From Polaromonas sp. (GTDB lineage: Bacteria > Pseudomonadota > Gammaproteobacteria > Burkholderiales > Burkholderiaceae_C), in NCBI GenBank assembly GCA_031363755.1, contig JANLUZ010000122.1, forward strand, positions 3,631 to 67,630: a stretch of DNA of 64,000 bases, read 5' to 3'. The position numbers and the translations under genes were made by a program. Positions 10,254 through 21,294 of this stretch are shown in pieces. Within the stretch, counting starts at the first letter, position 1; each line of letters opens with the position of its first letter. The notes under the pieces were generated by a model. The model searched no databases, was not told where the DNA came from, and saw only the letters and a list, made by a program, of their open reading frames with translations.

Positions 10254-10408
10254 GCCTAAATTGTCGGTGACGGGCGGATTTTCTCCAGAAAAGCTGGCGT
10301 TGCCCCCTGGATTCACGGGCTATCCCGCGTGACCGACGCGGTGGCTTGCGGCATGATGCGGCGAATGTTTTTTAACGGCAGTGCCCCTGCCAACGACAGG
10401 AGATTTTG

Positions 10409-12037
10409 ATGCTTGGGTTAATGCAAAGCCAGCCGTTGCTGATTTCGGACTTGATCGTGTTTGCCGAGCGCCACCACGGTGACGCGGAAATCGTCTCGCG
10501 CCGGGTCGAGGGTGACATTCACCGCTACTCCTACAAGGACTCTGCCCAACGCGCGCGACGGGTGGCCAATGCGCTGGACGCGCTTGGCCTGGCATTTAGC
10601 GACCGCGTCGCCACGCTGGCCTGGAACGGCTACCGCCACTTCGAGCTGTATTACGGCGTCAGTGGCTCGGGCCGGGTGCTGCACACCATCAACCCTCGCC
10701 TTCACCCTGACCAGATCGCCTGGATCGCCGACCACGCCGAAGACCAAGTCCTGTGTTTTGACCTGAGCTTTCTGCCGCTGGTGCAGGCCGTGCATACCCG
10801 CTGCAGCACCATCAAGCATTTCGTGGCGCTGTGCGACGCCGACAAACTGCCGGTCGACTCAGGCATCCCCAACTTGGTCAGCTACGAGGCCTGGATCGGC
10901 GCGCACTCTGATGTGTACGACTGGCCGTCGTTCGACGAAAACACCGCATCCAGCATGTGCTACACCAGCGGCACTACGGGCAACCCCAAGGCCGCGCTCT
11001 ACAGCCACCGTTCCAGCACGTTGCATGCGTTGGCTGCGGCCCTGCCCGACTCGCTGAACCTGTCGGCCAAAGACGCGATTTTGCCCGTGGTGCCTATGTT
11101 TCACGTCAACGCCTGGGGCATTCCCTATGCGGCGCCCCTGACCGGCGCCAAGCTCGTGTTCCCCGGCCCCACCATGGACGGCAAATCCATCTACGAGCTG
11201 ATGGAACTCGAAAAAGTCACGCTTTCAGCAGGCGTGCCGACGGTGTGGCAAATGCTGCTGGGCTACATGAAACCGCTGGGGCTGAAATTCTCAACCATGA
11301 CGCGCACCGTGATTGGCGGGTCTGCTTGCCCACCGGCCATGATCGAGTCCTTCAACAACGATTACAACGTCGAGGTGCTGCATGCCTGGGGCATGACCAA
11401 GATGAGCCCCCTGGGAACGGTGTGCGCGCTCAAAAATAAGCACACAGCGCTCAACGACGCCGACAAGACGAAAATTCGGCTGAAGCAGGGGCGCGCCGTG
11501 TTTGGCGTGGACATGAAAATTCTGGACGACGCCGGAGAAATCTTGCCCTGGGACGGCAAAACCTTCGGTGACCTGTACGTCAAGGGGCCCTGGGTGGTGC
11601 GCGGCTATTACCGCGAAGAGGGCGGTAATCCCTTGGTCAATGGATGGTTCCCCACGGGCGACGTGGGCACGATCGATGCCGACGGCTACCTCCAGATCAC
11701 CGATCGAAGCAAGGACGTTATCAAGTCCGGAGGCGAGTGGATCAGCTCCATCGAGATTGAAAACATCGCGGTGGCGCACCCGGCAGTGGCCATGGCGGCT
11801 TGCATTGGCGTGGCCCATCCCAAGTGGGACGAGCGCCCGATCATTGCGGTGGTCAAAAAGCCGGGTGCCGAGTTGACGAAGGACGAATTGCTCGCGTTTT
11901 ACCAAGGCAAGACCGCCAAATGGCAAGTGCCGGACGATGTGGTGTTTGTCGATGCGATTCCATTGGGCGCGACCGGAAAAATGCTCAAGACGCGTCTGCG
12001 CGAGCAGCTCAAGGACTACAAGCTGCCCGGCGTCTGA
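10409..12037 (+). CDS. Acyl-CoA synthetase (DmdB / 3-methylthiopropionyl-CoA ligase-like AMP-binding enzyme)
   Basis: [11 protein letters not shown]-loop, [38 protein letters not shown]; the A5 motif reads WGMTK instead of WGMTE. Confidence 0.9.
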   Translation: MLGLMQSQPLLISDLIVFAERHHGDAEIVSRRVEGDIHRYSYKDSAQRARRVANALDALGLAFSDRVATLAWNGYRHFELYYGVSGSGRVLHTINPRLHPDQIAWIADHAEDQVLCFDLSFLPLVQAVHTRCSTIKHFVALCDADKLPVDSGIPNLVSYEAWIGAHSDVYDWPSFDENTASSMCYTSGTTGNPKAALYSHRSSTLHALAAALPDSLNLSAKDAILPVVPMFHVNAWGIPYAAPLTGAKLVFPGPTMDGKSIYELMELEKVTLSAGVPTVWQMLLGYMKPLGLKFSTMTRTVIGGSACPPAMIESFNNDYNVEVLHAWGMTKMSPLGTVCALKNKHTALNDADKTKIRLKQGRAVFGVDMKILDDAGEILPWDGKTFGDLYVKGPWVVRGYYREEGGNPLVNGWFPTGDVGTIDADGYLQITDRSKDVIKSGGEWISSIEIENIAVAHPAVAMAACIGVAHPKWDERPIIAVVKKPGAELTKDELLAFYQGKTAKWQVPDDVVFVDAIPLGATGKMLKTRLREQLKDYKLPGV

Positions 12038-12176
12038 AGCCGTCAGTACCGGGTGAATGCTGTCGCGCTGGCGATAGCCGGCGCAGGTGCTGAGGGCAAT
12101 CCCTAGCGCTTGCTGCCGCGAATCCTTGTACGCTAATCAGCGTGCGTTTAACCTTAAAACTTTGGAGCTAAAGCCA

Positions 12177-13412
12177 ATGAAAAATACGATTCGTCTGATC
12201 GCCGCCACCGCTTGTCTGGTGTGCGCCAGCGCCGCTTACGCGCAAGCTGGCGAGACTGTCAAGATTGCCATGATCGAAGGCCTGTCGGGCTCGTTTGGCA
12301 ATGTCGGCCAAAACCAGCTTCGGACCTGGCAGTTCCTGGCCGAGCAATTGAACGGTAAAAACAACTCGGCGGGCGTCAAATATGAAATCGTTGGCATGGA
12401 CAGCAAAGGCTCACCGCAGGAAGCTCTGAACGTCTTCAAGGCCGCCGTGGACCAAGGTTTTCGCTACATTTCGCAGGGCAATGGTTCGGGCGCTGCGCTG
12501 GCGCTAACCGACGCGGTTGCCAAGCACAACGAACGCAATCCTGGCAAGGAGGTGGTCTACCTGAACTACGCCGCTGTAGACCCCGCCCTGACCAACGAAA
12601 AGTGCAACTACTGGCACTTCCGCCTGGACGCTGACACGTCCCAGAAAATGGAAGCGCTGACCAGCTTCATGAAAGACCAGCCGAAGGTCAAAAAAGTCTA
12701 TCTGCTCAACCAGAATTACTCGCACGGCCAGCAGGTCGCCAAGTACTTCAAGGAAGGCATGTCGCGCAAGCGCCCTGACGCATCATTTGTGGGCGAAGAC
12801 CTCGTGCCACTGGGCCAGGTTAAGGATTTCGCCCCTTACGTCGCCAAAATCAAGCAGTCGGGCGCCGACACCATCGTCACGGGCAACTGGGGCGCCGACC
12901 TGACGCTGCTAGTCAAAGCCTTGAACGATGCTGGCCTGAAGATTCCGCTGTACACCTACTACGCTGCTGTGTCGGGCACACCCACCGTGTTGGCTTCAGG
13001 CGGCGACATTGACGTCTACCAGATCTCTTACGCCCACTCGAACTACACCGGCGCTGTCGGCAAGTTGATGGCTGATTACCAAAAGAAATTCGGTGATGAT
13101 TTCTATACCCTGTCGATCTACAACGGTATCTTGCTGATGAGCGACGCCATTGCCAAGGCGAAGTCCACCGACCCGGTCAAAGTGGCTGCGGCCATGCACG
13201 GCTTGAAGTTCAAAGGCTTCAATGGCGAATCAGAAATGCGCAAGTCAGACCATCAGATTCAGCAGGGTCTGTACATCGCCAAATGGCAAAAAGTGGACGC
13301 TAAATACCCGTACAGCGTTGAAAAAACGGGCTATACCTTCGCCCCTGTGAAGTACATCGAACCGTATGTGGCCAGCACACCGACAAGCTGCGAAATGAAA
13401 GTGCCGGGTTGA
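12177..13412 (+). CDS. Branched-chain amino acid type (LivK-like) ABC transporter substrate-binding protein
   Basis: Signal peptide ending AYA-Q; class I periplasmic binding motifs (DFAPYVAKIKQSGAD, TGNWGADL); followed by liv permeases. Confidence 0.88.
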   Translation: MKNTIRLIAATACLVCASAAYAQAGETVKIAMIEGLSGSFGNVGQNQLRTWQFLAEQLNGKNNSAGVKYEIVGMDSKGSPQEALNVFKAAVDQGFRYISQGNGSGAALALTDAVAKHNERNPGKEVVYLNYAAVDPALTNEKCNYWHFRLDADTSQKMEALTSFMKDQPKVKKVYLLNQNYSHGQQVAKYFKEGMSRKRPDASFVGEDLVPLGQVKDFAPYVAKIKQSGADTIVTGNWGADLTLLVKALNDAGLKIPLYTYYAAVSGTPTVLASGGDIDVYQISYAHSNYTGAVGKLMADYQKKFGDDFYTLSIYNGILLMSDAIAKAKSTDPVKVAAAMHGLKFKGFNGESEMRKSDHQIQQGLYIAKWQKVDAKYPYSVEKTGYTFAPVKYIEPYVASTPTSCEMKVPG

Positions 13413-13643
13413 TGACGCCAACCTTCGGGCGTGCAGTTAGCGCCCAGATGAATTAGCGGGAGCCACCCAAAGTCAGGGGCATCGGTCGCCCCTGACGGCT
13501 TCCACACGCCAGGTAACCTTTGGGTGACGCTGGCGTTTGTCTTTGCAGCCGAGTCACTTCATTTCTGTGTGCTGCGTCAGGTCTACCTCACGACCCTTTG
13601 ACCCTTCGGCCCTTTGACCATCAAACCAACATTCTTTCTATTG

Positions 13644-14633
13644 ATGCTTGATTTACTCACCTCGCTGGGGCTTAGTCCTGGTTTCATCGAGTTCTTCACG
13701 ATCTCGCTGCTCAACGGCATCAGCTACGGCTTGTTGCTTTTCATGCTGAGCTCCGGCCTGACGCTGATCTTCAGCATGATGGGCGTGCTGAACTTTGCCC
13801 ACGCGAGCTTTTACATGCTGGGCGCCTATGTGGCTTTCAGCGTGACCCAGTGGGTTGGCTTCTGGTGGGCCCTGTTGCTGGCACCACTGGTTGTCGGTTT
13901 TCTGGGGGCAGGGTTCGAGAAGTTCTGCCTGCGTCGCGTGCACAAGTTTGGGCACGTTCCGGAGCTGCTGATCACTTTCGGGTTCAGCTACATCCTGCTT
14001 GAATTGGTCCAGCTGGTGTGGGGCCGCAGTTCGGTGGATTACCGAGTGCCTGCGGCGTTAGACGGTCCGCTGTTCACGCTGTTCGGAACGCAATTTCCAA
14101 TCTACCGCGGCTTCATGATGGCGGTTGCGGTAGCCATGCTGATTTCAGTCTGGTTGCTGCTAACCCGGACCCGCATAGGCCTGGTGATTCAGGCGGCGTT
14201 GACCCACCCCGAAATGGCGCAATCGTTGGGGCATAACGTGCCCCGCGTGTTCATGCTTGTGTTTGGCGGCGGCGCAGCATTGGCGGGACTTGCCGGCGTG
14301 ATCGGAGGCAATGCTTTCATCACCGAGCCGGGCATGGCGGCCACGGTGGGTTCCGTCATTTTCGTGGTCGTGGTGGTGGGCGGCATGGGATCGTTGGCCG
14401 GCGCGTTTCTCGCATCGTTGTTGATTGGCGTGGTGCAGACTTTCGCGGTGGCAATGGACGGTTCATTGATGTCGGCCATCAACCACTTTTCGTCTGTCGT
14501 GACGCCATCGACCTTTGGCTACGCAATTTTCAAACTCAAAATTAGTCAGGTAGCGCCTATCTTGCCGTATCTTTTCCTTGTGCTCATGCTGGTGTTTCGC
14601 CCCAAGGGCCTTCTTGGCACGCGGGAGGGTTGA
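13644..14633 (+). CDS. LivH-like ABC permease
   Basis: GLTLIFSMMGVLNFAHASFYMLGAY, TRIGLVIQAA, VVVVGGMGS, RPKGLLG. Confidence 0.9.
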   Translation: MLDLLTSLGLSPGFIEFFTISLLNGISYGLLLFMLSSGLTLIFSMMGVLNFAHASFYMLGAYVAFSVTQWVGFWWALLLAPLVVGFLGAGFEKFCLRRVHKFGHVPELLITFGFSYILLELVQLVWGRSSVDYRVPAALDGPLFTLFGTQFPIYRGFMMAVAVAMLISVWLLLTRTRIGLVIQAALTHPEMAQSLGHNVPRVFMLVFGGGAALAGLAGVIGGNAFITEPGMAATVGSVIFVVVVVGGMGSLAGAFLASLLIGVVQTFAVAMDGSLMSAINHFSSVVTPSTFGYAIFKLKISQVAPILPYLFLVLMLVFRPKGLLGTREG

Positions 14634-15938
14634 ATGAGCCAGTCTTCCAATTTCTCTATTGCTGCGCCGACCACGTTCAACGCGTCGCGATTGCTCACGT
14701 GGGGGCTTTTCGCGCTGGTGCTGTGCGTGGCGCCCCTTGTTTTCACCTCCAGCCTCAGCCACACCATCCTCAGCCAGATGGGCGTTGCCATCATCGTGTG
14801 CCTGAGCTACAACATTCTTCTGGGCCAGGGCGGCATGCTGAGTTTTGGTCATGCTGTGTATTCAGGCATGGGGTCGTTTCTGGCCATTCACACCCTGAAC
14901 GCCATTAGCAAGGGGTCATTGCCTCTGCCGGTGAGCTTGATTCCCATTGTGGGCGGCGTCGCCAGCATGTTGGTGGCCGTGTTGCTCGGGTGGGTCACGA
15001 CCAAGAAGTCGGGCACGACGTTTGCCATGATCACGCTGGGTGTCGGCGAGCTCATCTGGGCCATGTCGCTCATGTTCCCGGAATTTTTCGGGGGCGAAGG
15101 TGGTGTGTCGGGTAACCGCGTAACTGGCAGCAAGCTGTGGGGCATCACCTATGGCCCACAAATTCAGCTGTACTACCTGATTGCGATCTACACGCTGGTC
15201 TGCACGGGGCTAATGTTCGCCTTCACCCGCACGCCCCTCGGCCGCATGCTGAACGCGGTTCGAGACAACCCGGAACGCGTGGAGTTTGTGGGCTACGACA
15301 CGCAGAAAATCCGTTACTTTTCCTTCATTGTGGCGGCCTTTTTTGCAGGTATTTCAGGCGGCTTGGCAGCGCTTAACTTTGAAATCGTGACGTCGGAGGT
15401 CGTCAGTGGCTACCGCTCGGGTGCGTACTTGCTGTTTACCTTTCTGGGTGGCGCAACCTTCTTTTTTGGCCCGATTCTTGGCGCCATTTTGATGGTGCTG
15501 GCGTTTGTGCTGCTGTCCGAATTTACAAAAGCCTGGTTGCTTTACCTGGGTCTTATTTTTCTGTTCATGGTGATGTATGCGCCGGGCGGCGTGGCGTCCC
15601 TGATCATGATGAATTTGCGGGTGGCCACTTACGGGTATCTGCGAAAACTTCTGGGCAGTTATGTGGCCCTTGGGGTCACCGCGTTGGCGATGCTGCTGGG
15701 CGCGGCCGCGATGATCGAGATGGTGTATCACCTGCAACTCAACATGGCCCTTGGCCCAGAAATGTCGTTCATGGGCGTCCTGCTCAACGCCAAAGGCACT
15801 GGCAGCTGGGTGGGCGCTGCAGCGATCATGCTGGTTGGCATAGGGCTGTTTGAATGGAGCCGCCGCCGCTTTGCGCGTCGATGGAGCGACATTCAGGAGT
15901 CGATTGAGGCAGACATTCAGCGCAAGGAGGCTCCTTAA
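14634..15938 (+). CDS. LivM-like ABC permease
   Basis: YNILLGQGGMLSFGHA, FAMITLG, RTPLGRMLNAVRDNPER, FFGPILGA. Confidence 0.9.
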   Translation: MSQSSNFSIAAPTTFNASRLLTWGLFALVLCVAPLVFTSSLSHTILSQMGVAIIVCLSYNILLGQGGMLSFGHAVYSGMGSFLAIHTLNAISKGSLPLPVSLIPIVGGVASMLVAVLLGWVTTKKSGTTFAMITLGVGELIWAMSLMFPEFFGGEGGVSGNRVTGSKLWGITYGPQIQLYYLIAIYTLVCTGLMFAFTRTPLGRMLNAVRDNPERVEFVGYDTQKIRYFSFIVAAFFAGISGGLAALNFEIVTSEVVSGYRSGAYLLFTFLGGATFFFGPILGAILMVLAFVLLSEFTKAWLLYLGLIFLFMVMYAPGGVASLIMMNLRVATYGYLRKLLGSYVALGVTALAMLLGAAAMIEMVYHLQLNMALGPEMSFMGVLLNAKGTGSWVGAAAIMLVGIGLFEWSRRRFARRWSDIQESIEADIQRKEAP

Positions 15939-16801
15939 TGTCGGCAGTTCTTACGCCCGAGCCCGCTACCGCCCAAACACCTTCTGCACACTATTCCGAT
16001 ATGGTCACCACCGATTCAACCACTGCGCCTTACGCGCTGCAACTCAAGGACTTGCGAAAAAGCTTCGGAAAATCCGAGATCATTCGCGGTATCAATATCG
16101 CGGTGCCGGCTGGCGAACGTGTCGGCATCATTGGTCCCAACGGGGCGGGCAAATCTACATTGTTCAATCTGATCAGTGGCCGGTTTGAGCCCAGCAGCGG
16201 TGAGATTTTGCTGAATGGCCAACGCATCAATGGCAAGCGGCCGTTCGAGATCAACCGCATGGGCCTGAGCCGCAGCTTTCAGATCACCAATATTTTCCCC
16301 AAGCTGAGCGTGTTTGAAAACCTGCGCTGCGGTGTGCTCTGGAGCCTAGGCTACAAATACACGTTTTTCAAATTTCTGGCGGATCTGGACGACGCCAACC
16401 AGCGCGCCACCGAGTTGATGCAGATGATCAAGCTGGATAAAAAACGCGACGTTCTGGCGCTCAATTTGACCTATGCCGAACAGCGCGCGCTTGAAATCGG
16501 CATCACGATTGCTGGCGGCGCCAATGTCATCTTGCTGGACGAGCCCACTGCTGGCATGAGCCGGTCTGAAACCAGCCGCTTCATTAGTTTGATTAAGGAA
16601 GTGACCGTCGGTAAAACACTGCTGACGGTAGAGCACGACATGGGGGTGGTGTTTGGCCTAGCCGACAAAATTGCCGTCGTGGTTTATGGCGAGGTGTTGG
16701 CCTACGACACGCCCGAAGCGGTGCGCGCCAACCAGCACGTGCAGGAAGCCTATCTCGGCTCATCGGTGGCCGATCAGCAGGCAACCGGCCACCAGGATTG
16801 A
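15938..16801 (+). CDS. LivG-like ABC ATPase
   Basis: GPNGAGKST, LSRSFQITNIF, LLDEPTAG, VEHDM. Confidence 0.92.
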   Translation: MSAVLTPEPATAQTPSAHYSDMVTTDSTTAPYALQLKDLRKSFGKSEIIRGINIAVPAGERVGIIGPNGAGKSTLFNLISGRFEPSSGEILLNGQRINGKRPFEINRMGLSRSFQITNIFPKLSVFENLRCGVLWSLGYKYTFFKFLADLDDANQRATELMQMIKLDKKRDVLALNLTYAEQRALEIGITIAGGANVILLDEPTAGMSRSETSRFISLIKEVTVGKTLLTVEHDMGVVFGLADKIAVVVYGEVLAYDTPEAVRANQHVQEAYLGSSVADQQATGHQD

Positions 16802-16803
16802 GC

Positions 16804-17511
16804 ATGCTAAAAATTCAGAATCTTCACGCGTTCTACGGCAAAAGCCATGTGCTGCACGGTGTGTCCTTTGATGTTCAGCCCGGCGAGATTGTGGCGCTGT
16901 TGGGCCGCAACGGATCGGGCCGCTCAACCACCGCCAAAGCCATCATGGGCCTGGTTCACTGCGAGGGCGATATCCAGTGGAAGGGTAGTAATCTGGTCGG
17001 CAAGGAAGCTTTTCAGGTGGCGCATCTGGGTATTGGTTACGTGCCGGAAAACCGGGATGTGTTTGCCAAACTCACTGTGCACCAGAACCTCATGTTGGGG
17101 CAGAAAAACGCGGGACTGCGCGGGGGTAAAACGTCTCGCTGGTCGTTCGACGACATGTACGGCATGTTTCCTCGACTCAAGGAACGGCAACACACCGAGG
17201 CCGGCGTTTTGTCTGGCGGCGAGCAGCAAATGCTGACACTGTGCCGCACCCTGATGGGCGACCCCGACCTCATCATCATTGACGAGCCCACCGAAGGCCT
17301 TGCGCCCAAGATCGTGGAGCTGGTAGGGCAGTATCTGCAACTGCTGAAAGCACGCGGGTTGTCTGTGCTGCTGATCGAGCAAAAGCTGACGATTGCGATG
17401 GCAATTTCGGATCGTGCTCTGGTGATGGGCCATGGCAGAATCGTGTTTGAAGGCACGCCGGACAGCTTGCGAGCCGACGCTGACACGCGTAAAGAATGGC
17501 TGGAGGTGTGA
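16804..17511 (+). CDS. LivF-like ABC ATPase
   Basis: GRNGSGRST, LSGGEQQML, IIDEPTEGLAP. Confidence 0.92.
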   Translation: MLKIQNLHAFYGKSHVLHGVSFDVQPGEIVALLGRNGSGRSTTAKAIMGLVHCEGDIQWKGSNLVGKEAFQVAHLGIGYVPENRDVFAKLTVHQNLMLGQKNAGLRGGKTSRWSFDDMYGMFPRLKERQHTEAGVLSGGEQQMLTLCRTLMGDPDLIIIDEPTEGLAPKIVELVGQYLQLLKARGLSVLLIEQKLTIAMAISDRALVMGHGRIVFEGTPDSLRADADTRKEWLEV

Positions 17512-17599
17512 GCGATGCGCGTGCTGCAGAGCTTGTCACGGCTGAGACTGGCCACGGCAATCCCGGCTTGCGCTGAATGCTTGCACATCTACAATCAAT

Positions 17600-17619
17600 A
17601 AGCGAACGGTCGTACTATT
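17600..17619. promoter_or_regulatory. Palindromic operator AAGCGAACGGTCGTACTATT upstream of the beta-oxidation genes
   Basis: 17/20 identity to the reverse complement of 5423-5442; about 190 bp upstream of the FadB-like gene. Confidence 0.6.
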
Positions 17620-17805
17620 TTGAGGTGCCTGACAACCGGGACTGTCAATCTGTTCTGGCGCGTCAGCGTTCCACCTCGCGTCTTTCTCCTGTCCAATCTG
17701 CAGCGGACGCTAAGCGCGCAGCGCTTTTTATTTTCAACTGTCGTCCAACGTTTTTGTCGCGACTGTCCCTTTGAACCATCTGTTTAACCCAAGGAAATCT
17801 GCTCA

Positions 17806-19905
17806 ATGACCACTCTTTACGAAGTCCACGGGTCCGTGGCCGTCATCACGCTGAACAACCCGCCTGTGAACGGATTGGGACACACCACGCGACAGGGGAT
17901 TACCGACGGCTTGCAGAAGGCCAACGCCGACATTGCCGTTAAATCCATCGTCATCACAGGCGCTGGCGGGGCTTTTTCAGGCGGTGCGGACATCAAGGAA
18001 TTTGGCTCCCCCAAGGCCCTGGCCGAACCGAATTTACTGAGCGTCATTCTTGCGGTTGAAAACTCTGCCAAGCCTGTGGTGGCAGCGATTCATTCAGTGT
18101 GCATGGGCGGCGGGCTTGAGCTGGCACTGGGCTGCCATTACCGCATTGCTGCGCCCGGCTGCAGCGTGGCTTTGCCTGAAGTCAAACTCGGCCTGGTTCC
18201 TGGCGCCGGTGGTACGCAAAGACTGCCGCGCGCGCTGGGTGTTGAAGTGGCGCTAAACATGATCGTCAAGGGCGACCCGGTTAAAAGTGAGATGTTGGCC
18301 CAAATCCCGGGACAGAAGCTGTTTGACCGCATGGCCGCTTCGGCAGAATCATTGGCGCAAGAGGCCATGGCATTCGCGCAGTCGATTGCCGACACACGAC
18401 CGCTCCCGTTGGTACGCAACCTGCCGTGCAAGCACCCCAACGGCGACGCGTACTTCCAGTTTGTTCGCAACATGGTCAAGGGTATGGCCAAAAACTTCCC
18501 AGCGCCTGCCAAGTGCGTGGACGCTGTGGAAGCCGCCACCAAGCTCAAGTTTGACGACGGCATGGTGTTTGAGCGCGATATTTTTGTGGCGTTGATGTGG
18601 AGCCCTGAAGGCAAAGCATTGCGTCACATTTTTATGGCGGAGCGCGCTGCGTCCAAAATTCCCGACGTGCCGGCCGATACCCCGAAGCGCGACATCAAGT
18701 CCATTGCCGTGATTGGCGCGGGCACCATGGGCGGCGGCATCGCCATGAATTTTCTGAACGCAGACATCCCCGTCAAGATGCTGGAGATGAAACAAGAGGC
18801 ACTGGACCGTGGCTTGGCCACCATCCGCAAAAACTACGAGTCCCAGGTTAAAAAAGGCAAACTCAAGCAGGCCAAATACGACGAGCGCATGGCGCTGCTG
18901 AGCACCACGCTGAGCTATGACGACCTGGGGGATGCCGACATGGTGATCGAGGCCGTGTTTGAAGAGATGGGCGTGAAGGAAAAAGTCTTCACCGAGCTGG
19001 ACCGCGTGATGAAACCCGGTGCCATCCTGGCCTCCAACACTTCCACGCTGGACATGAACCAGATCGCGGCGTTCACCCAGCGCCCGCAAGACGTGATTGG
19101 CACGCACTTCTTCAGCCCGGCCAACATCATGAAGCTGCTCGAAGTCGTGCGCGGCGAAAAAACCGCCAAGGACGTGCTGGCCACCGTGATGGCGTTGGGC
19201 AAAAAGATCAAGAAAACTTCTGTGGTGTCCGGCGTGTGTGACGGCTTTATCGGCAACCGCATGATCGAGCAGTACGGGCGTCAGGGCGGCTTTCTGCTCG
19301 ACGAAGGCTGCACCCCCGCACAGGTCGACAAAGCGATTGAAAAATTCGGCTTTGCCATGGGGCCGTGCCGCATGGGCGACCTGGCAGGCAACGACATCGG
19401 TTTTGCGATTCGCAAGCGCCGGTACCTTGAAAAGCCTGACATGAAGTACAGCAAGACCGCTGACTTGCTGTGTGAGAAGGGCCGTTTCGGCCAAAAAACT
19501 GGTGCAGGCTGGTACGACTACGTTGCTGGCAAACGCGACGCGGTGCCGAACCAGGAAGTGGTGCAGATGATTGAGGCACACCGCGCTTCGCTGGGCATCA
19601 CGCCACGCAAGATCTCTGACGAAGAAATCGTTCAGCGTCTGGTGTATTCGCTGGTCAACGAGGCCGCGCACATTCTGGAGGAAGGCATAGCGTCGAAGGC
19701 CAGCGACATCGACATGGTCTACCTGATGGGCTATGGCTTCCCGATCTACCGCGGCGGCCCCATGAACTACGCTGACCAAGTCGGCTTATTCAATGTGGTG
19801 CAAGCCATGAACCGATTTGCCAAGAACCCGCTGGACGACGCGAAATTCTGGCAGCCCGCACCGCTGCTGGCCCGCTTGGCGGCTGAAGGCAAGACCTTCA
19901 ATTAA
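17806..19905 (+). CDS. Multifunctional enoyl-CoA hydratase / 3-hydroxyacyl-CoA dehydrogenase (FadB/FadJ family)
   Basis: Crotonase domain (FSGGADI, GGGLELALGC, LPEVKLG) plus VIGAGTMGGGI, IEAVFE, HFFSPAN, GFIGNR. Confidence 0.95.
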   Translation: MTTLYEVHGSVAVITLNNPPVNGLGHTTRQGITDGLQKANADIAVKSIVITGAGGAFSGGADIKEFGSPKALAEPNLLSVILAVENSAKPVVAAIHSVCMGGGLELALGCHYRIAAPGCSVALPEVKLGLVPGAGGTQRLPRALGVEVALNMIVKGDPVKSEMLAQIPGQKLFDRMAASAESLAQEAMAFAQSIADTRPLPLVRNLPCKHPNGDAYFQFVRNMVKGMAKNFPAPAKCVDAVEAATKLKFDDGMVFERDIFVALMWSPEGKALRHIFMAERAASKIPDVPADTPKRDIKSIAVIGAGTMGGGIAMNFLNADIPVKMLEMKQEALDRGLATIRKNYESQVKKGKLKQAKYDERMALLSTTLSYDDLGDADMVIEAVFEEMGVKEKVFTELDRVMKPGAILASNTSTLDMNQIAAFTQRPQDVIGTHFFSPANIMKLLEVVRGEKTAKDVLATVMALGKKIKKTSVVSGVCDGFIGNRMIEQYGRQGGFLLDEGCTPAQVDKAIEKFGFAMGPCRMGDLAGNDIGFAIRKRRYLEKPDMKYSKTADLLCEKGRFGQKTGAGWYDYVAGKRDAVPNQEVVQMIEAHRASLGITPRKISDEEIVQRLVYSLVNEAAHILEEGIASKASDIDMVYLMGYGFPIYRGGPMNYADQVGLFNVVQAMNRFAKNPLDDAKFWQPAPLLARLAAEGKTFN

Positions 19906-20004
19906 TTGAACCACGACTGACCCAAACTCATTCACTCCGGCGCTTTGATGCGCAGGCGGATTGCGTCAGTTTTCCATGTCACTTTCAGAATTCCGGAGAT
20001 CTCC

Positions 20005-21180
20005 ATGACTTCAGCACTCATCGTTTCGACTGCCCGCACCCCCCTGGCCAAAAGCTGGAAGGGCTCCTTCAATATGACGCACGGCGCCACGCTCGGCGGC
20101 CACGCCGTTCAGCACGCGGTAGCCCGCGCCGGCATTGACCCCGGTGAGGTCGACGACGTCATCATGGGCTGCGCCACCCCCGAAGGCGCGACTGGCTCCA
20201 ACATCGCCCGTCAGATCGCCCTGCGCGCTGGCCTGCCGATTACCGTGTCTGGCATGACGATCAACCGTTTTTGCTCCTCAGGCCTGCAGACTATTGCCAC
20301 GGCGGCCCAGCGCATCATTGCCGGTGAAGCCGATGTGTACGTGGCCGGGGGTGTTGAAAGCATTTCCTGCGTGCAGCAAGAAGCCAACACCCACATGCTG
20401 CGCGACGACTGGCTGGCTAAAAACAAGCCGGAGATTTACTGGAACATGCTGCAGACCGCCGAGCAGGTTGCCAAGCGCTACAACATTGGCCGCGACCGCA
20501 TGGACGAGTACGGTGCCATGAGCCAGCAAAAAGCCACGGCCGCACTGGAAGCCGGTTTATACGCCGCCGAGATCGCCCCCATCACCGTGACCATGGGTGT
20601 GGCCGATCCGGTCATGGGCCTGACGACGAAACAAGTCACCGTCAGCCACGACGAAGGCATTCGCCCAGGCACCACCAAAGAAGGTATCAGCGGCATCAAG
20701 CCCGCCATTCCCGGTGGTGTGGTGTCGGCTGGCAACGCCAGCCAGTTTTCGGATGGCGGCGGCGCCGTGGTCATGATGAACGAAAAGCTGGTGTCTGCCC
20801 GTGGCCTCAAGCCGATTGGCCGCTTCCTCGGCTTTGCCGTGGCCGGTTGTGATCCGGACGAAATGGGCATTGGCCCGGTATTCGCCATTCCCAAGGTGTT
20901 GGCCAAACTGGGCTTGACCGTCGACGACATCGATCTGTGGGAACTCAACGAAGCGTTTGCCGTGCAGGTGCTGTATTGCGCTGACAAACTCGGCATCCCA
21001 ATGGACAAACTCAACGTCAATGGCGGAGCGATCGCGGTGGGCCACCCGTACGGCGTGACTGGCCAGCGTCTGACGGGCCACGCCCTGATCGAAGGCAAAC
21101 GCCGCGGTGCGAAGCGCGTCTGTGTGACGATGTGCATCGGCGGCGGCATGGGTGCTGCGGGCGTGTTTGAGGTGTTGTAA
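20005..21180 (+). CDS. Acetyl-CoA C-acyltransferase (3-ketoacyl-CoA thiolase)
   Basis: [27 protein letters not shown]. Confidence 0.95.
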   Translation: MTSALIVSTARTPLAKSWKGSFNMTHGATLGGHAVQHAVARAGIDPGEVDDVIMGCATPEGATGSNIARQIALRAGLPITVSGMTINRFCSSGLQTIATAAQRIIAGEADVYVAGGVESISCVQQEANTHMLRDDWLAKNKPEIYWNMLQTAEQVAKRYNIGRDRMDEYGAMSQQKATAALEAGLYAAEIAPITVTMGVADPVMGLTTKQVTVSHDEGIRPGTTKEGISGIKPAIPGGVVSAGNASQFSDGGGAVVMMNEKLVSARGLKPIGRFLGFAVAGCDPDEMGIGPVFAIPKVLAKLGLTVDDIDLWELNEAFAVQVLYCADKLGIPMDKLNVNGGAIAVGHPYGVTGQRLTGHALIEGKRRGAKRVCVTMCIGGGMGAAGVFEVL

Positions 21181-21209
21181 ACCTCTGCTTCGCTTTCGCG
21201 TCACCTGAC

Positions 21210-21260
21210 GGGACCGCGTCCGCACTGAACCCAAAATTCACGTGCGGCCCGGTCCCTTTT
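21210..21260 (+). terminator. Probable intrinsic terminator after the thiolase gene
   Basis: GGGACCG..TCCGCAC...GTGCGG..CGGTCCC stem followed by a T-rich tail. Confidence 0.6.
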
Positions 21261-21294
21261 AATTTTTCCAGGCAACCCTTTAAGGCAACCTTTC

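Noticed and set aside
9018-10259. Long antisense or alternate-frame ORFs (e.g. 9018-10259, 18349-19779, 21895-23178, 27304-28431, 50196-51050)
   Set aside because: Shadow ORFs expected opposite real genes in high-GC DNA; no motifs or start signals
16903-16929. LivF Walker A reads GRNGSGRST (Lys to Arg)
   Set aside because: Conservative change that I recall in many Burkholderiales LivF paralogues; the rest of the ATPase is intact, so it is not evidence of inactivation
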